The translations under genes were made by a program, and so were the position numbers. From assembly GCA_965262915.1 (NCBI GenBank), contig OZ253564.1, positions 192,001 through 256,000 on the forward strand: a stretch of 64,000 nucleotides of DNA, in the 5' to 3' direction. This DNA comes from Candidatus Spongiisociaceae bacterium. Lineage in GTDB: Bacteria; Actinomycetota; Acidimicrobiia; Spongiisociales; Spongiisociaceae. Under the pieces are notes generated by a model. It had not been told where the DNA came from. It made no database searches and saw only the letters and a program-made list of their open reading frames with translations. Below, one piece after another: positions 56,767 through 64,000 of the stretch. How positions within the stretch are numbered: position 1 is the stretch's first letter; each line of letters opens with the position of its first letter.

Positions 56767-57780
56767 ATGACAGCTAAGGCCACTACCAGGGCACCGGGCC
56801 GGTCAGACCGCGAAGGCCTTTCGGTTATCGAACTGTTCGACATGTTCCCCACCGAGCAGGCCGCGGTGGAATGGTTCGAGAACATCCGCTGGCCCAACGG
56901 TGTGGACTGCTGCCCGCGCTGCGGTGAGATCGGCAACGTCTCCCCCGTAGCCTCCGGCAAGCCCATGCCTTACCGCTGCGCCGCCTGCCGGAAGTACTTC
57001 TCGGTACGCACCGGCACCGTCATGGAATCCTCACGGCTGCCTATCCGCAAATGGGTTGTCGCCCTGTATCTGTGCTCGACGAACCTTAAAGGCGTCTCGT
57101 CGATGAAGCTGCACCGTAACCTGCGGGTGACTCAGAAGACCGCATGGTTCATGCTGGGCCGCATCCGTGAAGCCTGGGCGGACGCCGCGAACGTCGTCTT
57201 GGACGGCACCGTAGAGGTTGATGAGACCTACATCGGCGGTAAGGAGAAGAACAAGCACGCTTGGAAACGTCAGAACGCCGGACGCGGCACCGTCGGCAAG
57301 GCCGCTGTCGTGGGTGCCCGGTCACGGGACCGGAAGGTTACTGCCACCGTCGTTGACGACACCACCCGCAAGACGCTGCACGGGTTCATCCACGATCATG
57401 TAGCCGACGGGTCGAAGGTGTTCACCGACGGAGCCGACGCCTACCGGGGAGTCGGCGAAGGCCACGACCTGGACCACGATGCGGTTCGGCATTCGGTCGG
57501 TGAGTATGTGCGGGGTGAGGTCCACACGAACGGCATGGAATCGTTCTGGTCCATGCTGAAGCGGGGCTACTACGGCACCTATCACAAGATGAGTTTCAAG
57601 CACCTACGCCGGTATGTGGCTGAGTTCGCTGCCCGTCACAACGTGCGGGACTTCGACACGATCGACCAGATGGCGGCGTTGGCTAAGGGCATGGAAGGCA
57701 AACGGCTCAAGTACTCGGATCTGACAGCCGGGGGACAGGTCTGCGGACCGCCACCCGGCACGTTCATCCGCTACGCCTGA
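56767..57780 (+). CDS. IS1595 transposase
   Basis: RWPNG..CPRCG...C..C, VEVDETYIGG, FTD, HTNGMESFWSMLKRG. Confidence 0.95.
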   Translation: MTAKATTRAPGRSDREGLSVIELFDMFPTEQAAVEWFENIRWPNGVDCCPRCGEIGNVSPVASGKPMPYRCAACRKYFSVRTGTVMESSRLPIRKWVVALYLCSTNLKGVSSMKLHRNLRVTQKTAWFMLGRIREAWADAANVVLDGTVEVDETYIGGKEKNKHAWKRQNAGRGTVGKAAVVGARSRDRKVTATVVDDTTRKTLHGFIHDHVADGSKVFTDGADAYRGVGEGHDLDHDAVRHSVGEYVRGEVHTNGMESFWSMLKRGYYGTYHKMSFKHLRRYVAEFAARHNVRDFDTIDQMAALAKGMEGKRLKYSDLTAGGQVCGPPPGTFIRYA

Positions 57781-58322
57781 TCCAGAGGTTCTTCAGCTTC
57801 TAAGCGGATAAGTTCATCCCGCAGCATTATCACGAGAACAGCACTCACCTGTTCGCGTGCGATACCGTGCTCATAGGCAACAAGGCGAGTTCTCTTGCCC
57901 ATAGGGGTAGCTACGAACTCCTCATCATCGTACACCAGGTACTCGAAACACTTCTCCTCGATAAGATCGGGCGGGTCACCTCTAACGCGCACCCGAAACG
58001 ACTGGACCGTTTCTTGTACCCATTTGTCTGCTTCTAGTTCTTGGGCTACCTCTTCACCGAATTTGGTTAGACTCAGCGGACTGGCTCCCTCGAGAGTCAA
58101 GCCACCTTCGTGACCAAATACCGTGAGGAGGAGCCGCTTGACCTCTCTCCGTAGCCTTGAGATAGAGGTTTTTGTCTCCGTCATGTGAGTGTCCACTCTT
58201 TTGACCCATTTGGGAGTCCACCCCCTGAGTGCAGCGATGCCAGTGGCGGTACCCACCAGCGACCCGACGGTGATAGCGCTGTAGAATATGATCAGAAGCC
58301 AGGTCGGGACTTCAGCCATCAC
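57771..58322 (-). CDS. Passenger hypothetical protein with an N-terminal transmembrane helix
   Basis: 183-aa ORF inside the IS1595, convergent with the transposase; lower GC than the surroundings. Confidence 0.7.
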   Translation of the reverse strand: MMAEVPTWLLIIFYSAITVGSLVGTATGIAALRGWTPKWVKRVDTHMTETKTSISRLRREVKRLLLTVFGHEGGLTLEGASPLSLTKFGEEVAQELEADKWVQETVQSFRVRVRGDPPDLIEEKCFEYLVYDDEEFVATPMGKRTRLVAYEHGIAREQVSAVLVIMLRDELIRLEAEEPLDQA

Positions 58323-59537
58323 GACCCCTGACTACGTGTCCGCCTCTGGTCGGCTTGGGCGAAGATGGCCCGCGCTAGGTCCTGGGGGCTACGAGGGGGC
58401 CGCGCCTCTGCCACCCGCCGCTTCGACGATCTCGCAGGCTTGCGAGTATTGCTTCGAGAGTCGGCGAAAGCAGCCATGGCAGGGTCCCTCCTCGGTCGGC
58501 GAATTCGCTGTTCGCGTTAAAACGCCTACAGCGAATTCTAGCAGGTCTGTCAAATTCTTGGCTGGAGAACGCAAGGTCGACCGTCCCAGGTCTCAGCAGG
58601 TTCCCCGATAAGCCCTAGATGTCTCGGGGGTTCTGCTAGAGCAGGTGTCCGCTGTCCGGCAACGGGAACCTTACAGGACTTACAACAGTGTAACTTTACG
58701 ATGCGTTGCGGAGGGTCGGCCCTATCGGTGGCAAGGGCTACAGAAGGCGTGTAGAGTGGGGGTTGACTGGTTGTGCTAGCCGCTACAAAGTCAAACGGGA
58801 CAGGCGACGGAAGCCAAGTGCCGAGCGGTCGTTTCGGGGTTCACCTGGCTATTATCCGTCGCCTTCTCGTATCCTACCCCCTGCTCCTACTCACACGCTT
58901 GTAGTTCCCGAACCCTATCGGCACGAACCGCCCGGCGTCACGCTAAATATATAATTCCCAAACATTGAGGGTCGCCAGATCGCTGTGGAGGTGGTCGGGC
59001 GACCGGAAGGTGGCAGCGTGGTCTCCGAGGCTGCGTACCCGCTTAGCTTGGAAGGTCTTGGCGGTGTCCACGCGTTGTTCCTTTCGCCCCTTGTCCTGTC
59101 AGATACGAACGTTACCCCCGCGCGCAGATTGGTACAAGAGACTGCTGAGAGGCCTCCAGACGCTTGGGAGCGGCGCTTCGGGTGTTCGGGGGGGGTCTGG
59201 GGCCCGGAATTCGCCGTTTTGTGAGGGGGACGGCCCAAACGGGGCCCGAAACCTTGGGGGTGTTATTGGTGGAATCGGTCGGTTGCGGGCCGGGGAGTGG
59301 CGACGGCGCGTCGCGGTGCTCATCCGAGGCAGCCAGGGCACAGCCCGAGACCTTACCCGGACGCGTTGGCAGGTCGGTGCCATCAGATCCGACGACGGAA
59401 GCAACGATTGGCCATACCCTTCCCCGGATCCGGAACGGCCTCCCTACCCATCGACGTGGCCGATCCGGCTAGCCGGGATGACCCCGAGTCGCCGACGCGT
59501 GACGTCGGTAGCATCGGCATACCCTGACGAGATACCG

Positions 59538-60016
59538 ATGACCCAGCCGACCACATCATCGTTGCCTCCTACACCCGCCGGTAGGGTCGTTCGGCGGCGG
59601 GTGCCTCTGACCGTGGCGGACCTACCGCCGCTCATGTCGGTCCCGCCCAGTGTGTTGACACCAGCCCGTACCGCTTCCCGCTGTCGCAGCTCAATTTAGG
59701 ATTGGAACGTTGCGGACGACCGGCCGACACTGATAGCCGAGGCCCCCATCTACAGAGGGCCCTGACTGGCTGTTGCTCCCCGGCGGTCACCGTGGCTGTC
59801 CACGCGCTGGCAGACCGTGGCGGGGTGCCCCTGCCGGGCTGGGTGTTCCGCTATCACTCCCCCCACGACGTGATGCAGTTCCCTTGGAGGTTCGACGGGG
59901 CCTACGCCCGGTGGGTACGTCCGCGGTCGCCGGCCGTGTGCGCCTACCATCGGGTCTGGTTCCACCCCCGGACGCTTGATAAGCGAACCCCCGCCCGGTG
60001 GCTGCCCTGGGACTGA
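59538..60016 (+). pseudogene. Degenerate hypothetical gene spanning two frames
   Basis: Protein-like C-terminus AVHALADRGGVPLPGWV...ARWVRPRSPAVCAYHRVWF; upstream part in a different frame. Confidence 0.35.
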
Positions 60017-60157
60017 GGTGCCCCCGGACGCTGGCGGTGCCCTGACCGTGGAGGGTTGTGGGGTCTGTTCGCGGCGGTGGATAACGTTGTCGCCCCCGCG
60101 GGTGTCATACGCCGACAACCGCAGATGAACGCAGCTGCGGGCTTATCCACAACCGTC

Positions 60158-60493
60158 CTATGAGCAGATGTCGATCGCCGGGGTTTGGTGGGGTTCGGTG
60201 GGTGTGGGGGTTAGCCAATAGGAGTGGACAGCTTGGGCTGATACCCCTATGAGGTTCCCGATCTGTCTCAGAGTGGCGCCTGTGTTGTGGAGTTCGGTGC
60301 ACACGGCTCGTAGTTCACGGTTTGTGTCCCCCAGGGCTGCCTGCTGTTGGCGGCGCCGCTCGGCGATCTGGGGGGCGCGTACCCACGGGGAATGGTAAGA
60401 AGCCGACAGCTCCGGCGACTTCGCCGGTCTGGCGTTGCGGGTACTGGCGGCGCGGCGTCGGGGTGGTGGCCTCTTTCTGCGTCGTCTAGCCAT
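60158..60493 (-). CDS. Small HTH-containing protein
   Basis: LHNTGATLRQIGNLIGVSAQAVH helix-turn-helix. Confidence 0.55.
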   Translation of the reverse strand: MARRRRKRPPPRRRAASTRNARPAKSPELSASYHSPWVRAPQIAERRRQQQAALGDTNRELRAVCTELHNTGATLRQIGNLIGVSAQAVHSYWLTPTPTEPHQTPAIDICS

Positions 60494-60956
60494 CGTCTCG
60501 GTTCCCTTTCCTCAGACCCCAGTTAGGTGACTGGCATCTGTTACCCCGCCGGGTCCGGCCGCCCGGGGTCCTGCGACGGGGCATTGACCACTTCTGGTGG
60601 GCAGCCGAGCTGACCAGGCCGGGCCGTGACAGGTGCGGGACGACCGGCCAGGACCGGCCACAGTTGCAGATGCTGTCGGGATCCGATGAACCGGCCGCCC
60701 GGCCCGGTCGTGCAGCCCGACCGCCTCCAGCTCCCCGCACAGCCGCCTTCTGAAGTCGGGGACGCCAAGGCCCCGGCGGGAGACCCGCAGGGAGCTGGGT
60801 GGCCCCTTTTGCGGAGCCGTAGCGTCCGGGCTTTTGGGGGTTGGTGTCATGCTGCGGGTCGGAGACCGTTGAGCCAGTCATACACTTCGTGGTGTAACCA
60901 ACCCACAGCGCGCGACCGCTCGCTCAAAGGCGCGCTCGCCGCCAAAAGGCGCGCTC

Positions 60957-61672
60957 GCGAGCGCGCTCGTCTCTGACCTGGGGTTCCGCGACACCACAGA
61001 TACCGCCCCACCCCTCCCAACACCCGACCCCCAACATGAGATTGCCCATCCGGGTACCGCTGTACCCACCAGGTCCGTGCCCGCGTCGTGAGACAAAGAA
61101 AGGTCGTGCTCTTTGGTTTCTCATCTCGGGGTTTGCTTTCCGATCGAATTCCTGTATTTGGTTGCTGCGGCCCTCCGATAGGAGAGCCCCGCTATTTGGT
61201 CGGCGAACGTAGCGGCCCAGACCGTGCGCGACCGTGCGTTTAGCCCCAAACCGTGCGACTAACCGTGCGACTAACCGTGCGTCTGTCTCTGACCTGGGGT
61301 TTCGCGGCACCACAGATACCCCGTCCTACTCCCCTTCAACACCCGACCCGCAACATGAGATTGCCCATCCGGGTACCGCTGTACCCACCAGGTCCGTGCC
61401 CGCGTCGTGAGACAAAGAAAGGTCGTGTTGTCGGTTTCTCATCTCGGGGTTTGCTTTCCGATCGAATTCTGTTCTTGGCTGCTGCCCGTCCTGCCCGTGG
61501 GGGAGAGCCCCGCTATTTGGTCGGCGACCGTAGAGGCACCAACAGCGCGAGCGCGCTCGTCCCTGACCTGGGGTTCCGCGGCACCCGAGATACCGTCCTA
61601 CCCCCCTTCAACACCCGACCCCCGACACCAGATCGCCCCCACCTGGTATCCCTGTACCCCCGGTCCGTGCCC
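60957..61672. repeat. Long imperfect direct repeats (two ~250-bp units plus one partial) with ACCGTGCG x5 between units 1 and 2
   Basis: Units at about 60957-61212, 61285-61533 and 61547-61672, each starting CTGACCTGGGGTT. Confidence 0.9.
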
Positions 61673-62455
61673 CCGCCAAAACGGTCCCGGAGCGGCTACG
61701 AACAGGGCCGGATACCGCTGTACACCCTGCATCCGATGAGGTGTCGCGGGCCTAGGCACGGTAGGAGCCCTCAACGTTTGGAGGGGATCGCCGTCATCTC
61801 CCGCCTGCTGCCCCGCAAACCCGGTGTCCCAACCCCTTACCCGCCGGACGAGTGCCAGGTTCTGTGATGCCGGGGGAAGAGCCGGGGAGGTGGGGCTGTT
61901 GGACGGGTGTCTGTCGGATGGTCCCGGGACGGTGCGGGGTGTGGGACTGGGAGGAGGCCTTATGGGCCTGTTCGAGCTGGGGGTAGAGATCATGGCCGAT
62001 GTACGGGGGTAGTGGAGTACCCGGGGGTTAGTACCGGAGTATCCGATCGGGGGGGGGGGGGGGGGGGGGGGGGGTACGTGGGTATCGGGGGTGGGGTCGT
62101 GACCGGGGGTGAGAGGGTGTGTCAACCCGGGTTAAAAGCGAGGCACGTTTGCATTGAAATGCGGAAGCACGGTACCCCCCTGAGGTACCGCGGTACCCCT
62201 CGTTGGGTATTGGGGTGCCGCACCCCTGGAGTGCGATCAGGTGGCCTGTTTGGCTGGGTGTCCAACTCTCCACGATCCTGCGTGGGCGACTCGTGTACGC
62301 GGAGGGAGAGGTCACGGGCCGGGGGCCCGGTCGCGGAAGGGTGTGTAGCCCTATGGTGTAGCCGGCCGGATGGCCAGACGGTTTGCTACATTCTGTGTCC
62401 TGCCGCATCAGGCGTCTCTGGCCACGGCAGTTTGACCATCGAACCGGGCAAATCC

Positions 62456-64000
62456 ATGGACACACAACACATCGCGTTTCTGGACTTGTTCAACTCGCAG
62501 GTGCAGTACGTAGTGCCGCGTTGGCAGCGCCGCTACTGCTGGGGTCAGTCCGACATCGAGAGGCTGGTCGAAGACCTCTTGGCCGTGGCACAATCGAAGT
62601 TGGGTTCTGAACCGGCTCACTATGGAGGCACCCTCCTCACCTTCCCGGAGTCACGGGCCGCGCAGCCGGTGACAGTCCACCGTGTCGTCGACGGGCAGCA
62701 GAGACTCACCACAGTCAGCATCCTGCTCGCCTGCATAGCGAGAGAGCTTGGTCTCGACGGGGAATGCGGAGTCTGGACCGGGCGGACCATCATGGACGAT
62801 CGCCTTACGAATCCGGGGAAGAGTGCCGACCGGTTCCGCAAACTTCGGCTGCAGGACGGTGATGAAGATGAGTACCGGTCGGGCCTCGACGGCAACCCGC
62901 ATGGTCCGGGCGCGGTTGCCCAAGCTTGGAGGATCGCTCGAAGGCTGGTCCGGCGAAGTGACATGGCATTGCTTCTGAAGGGTCTGGAACGGCTCCGAGT
63001 GGTGAGTATCGGCCTTGGAGACCACGACGATCCCCAACAGATCTTCGAGAGCCTGAATGCCACGGGACGGCCCCTCACCGAGAGCGAGAAGCTCAAGAAC
63101 TGGCTGCTCATGGGTTTGGAAGATGCGGAACAGCAGGAGCTCCACGATCGCTATTGGAAGCGGATAGAAGCCACGCTGGATGCGCGGTACTCTACCGATC
63201 CGATCGACATCTTCCTCCGCGACTTCCTGCGGTGGCAGACCGGCGAGTTGCGAGGTGTCAAGCGGGTCTACGAGGATCTGCGGCGGTGGGCCGTGCGGAC
63301 CGGCAAAGGAGAGGATCGACGGGCGCTCCTAGCCGATCTGGCCGACCTCGCCGCACACTATGGCGTCCTGATAGGTGCAAGCAAGCACCCGTACCGGGCT
63401 GTTGAACGGGAGCTCCGTCACCTGCGGGACATGGGCTTCGATACCCACCGACCCCTGACCCTGCGTCTCCTCCATGAAGCCCCTACGGCAGACGAGGTCG
63501 ACTGGACGGAGGCAACTCTGAGCAGAGTATTGGCTGGGATCGGGACCTGGGTTACTCGTTTCTGGCTATCAGACCGCCCGATGGCTGGGATGAACAAAGC
63601 GTTCGCCGAGCTTGCCCGCCGGCGCGGTCCGAGCAGTGAAGAAGATCCGGCCGAGTGCTGGCTGGAACGGATACGAAGGCTCCGCAACCAGCGCGTGGAA
63701 GTCCCCGACGACGAAGCGGTTCGGGCTGGGATCCGAAGTCGAAAGGCGTATGGCGGCAGCGCAACGCGTGCCACGAAGGCGGTCTTGTGCGCCATGATGG
63801 AATCGGAGCAGCGCGGCGACGCTCCCGCCCGACGACATCTTACGGTCGAGCACGTGATGCCTCGAAAACTCACCGACGAGTGGAGGTCGGTGTTGGGAGA
63901 GGACGCAGAGCGGATCCACAAGTCTTACTGCCACCAGCTCGCCAACCTCACCCTGAGCGGGGTGAACGCGGAAATGGGGGCGAAGCCCTTCGCGGAGAAA
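62456..64000 (+). CDS. GmrSD-family (DUF262 + DUF1524/HNH) modification-dependent restriction endonuclease, runs off the window end
   Basis: Manual translation: YVVPRWQRRYCW, VVDGQQRLTT, IFESLNATGRPL, TVEHVMP, LANLTL. Not in the ORF track. Confidence 0.92.
   Translation, partial: MDTQHIAFLDLFNSQVQYVVPRWQRRYCWGQSDIERLVEDLLAVAQSKLGSEPAHYGGTLLTFPESRAAQPVTVHRVVDGQQRLTTVSILLACIARELGLDGECGVWTGRTIMDDRLTNPGKSADRFRKLRLQDGDEDEYRSGLDGNPHGPGAVAQAWRIARRLVRRSDMALLLKGLERLRVVSIGLGDHDDPQQIFESLNATGRPLTESEKLKNWLLMGLEDAEQQELHDRYWKRIEATLDARYSTDPIDIFLRDFLRWQTGELRGVKRVYEDLRRWAVRTGKGEDRRALLADLADLAAHYGVLIGASKHPYRAVERELRHLRDMGFDTHRPLTLRLLHEAPTADEVDWTEATLSRVLAGIGTWVTRFWLSDRPMAGMNKAFAELARRRGPSSEEDPAECWLERIRRLRNQRVEVPDDEAVRAGIRSRKAYGGSATRATKAVLCAMMESEQRGDAPARRHLTVEHVMPRKLTDEWRSVLGEDAERIHKSYCHQLANLTLSGVNAEMGAKPFAEK

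Larger units (their letters stand above)
56689..58959 (+). mobile_element. IS1595-family element carrying passenger DNA
   Basis: Terminal inverted repeats GGGAATTATATATTTAGC / GCTAAATATATAATTCCC; 8-bp target duplication AAACATTG. Confidence 0.93.

Noticed and set aside
60957-61672. Possible CRISPR array
   Set aside because: Units are about 250 bp, there is no short-repeat/unique-spacer periodicity, and no cas genes are present
62049-62074. 26-G homopolymer
   Set aside because: Same artefact concern; no gene context

Overview
High-GC actinobacterial DNA, probably Acidimicrobiia-like (an inference from the ribosomal proteins and EF-Tu). (1) 1-11.8 kb: a dGTPase with a small coupled upstream gene, then a catabolic cluster (PhyH dioxygenase, FAD oxidoreductase, three SDRs, two enolase-superfamily enzymes, a Zn-dehydrogenase) interrupted by an IS5 and an AAA/DUF4143 gene. 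(2) 11.9-20.7 kb: a toxin-antitoxin/defence island (Phd-VapC, AbiE-like pair, truncated P4-type integrase joined to a truncated DEAD-box helicase, UvrD helicase with a RelE-like N-terminus, Fic). (3) 20.7-46.6 kb: glmM and a contiguous str-S10-spc-alpha-truA-L13/S9 ribosomal region on the minus strand, plus tRNA-Arg(ACG), an HpcH aldolase and tRNA-Ser(GCT). (4) 46.7-64 kb: a genomic island with a P4-type integrase, ISL3, an IS3 containing a nested IS30, a passenger-carrying IS1595, pseudogenes, a long-repeat array and a GmrSD (DUF262/DUF1524) gene. The two most unusual signals are a diverged ~220-270 bp intergenic element in three copies (promoter-like head, (GGN)6 core), and a tuf gene whose codons end almost only in G/T, with the same strand polarity as the IS elements.
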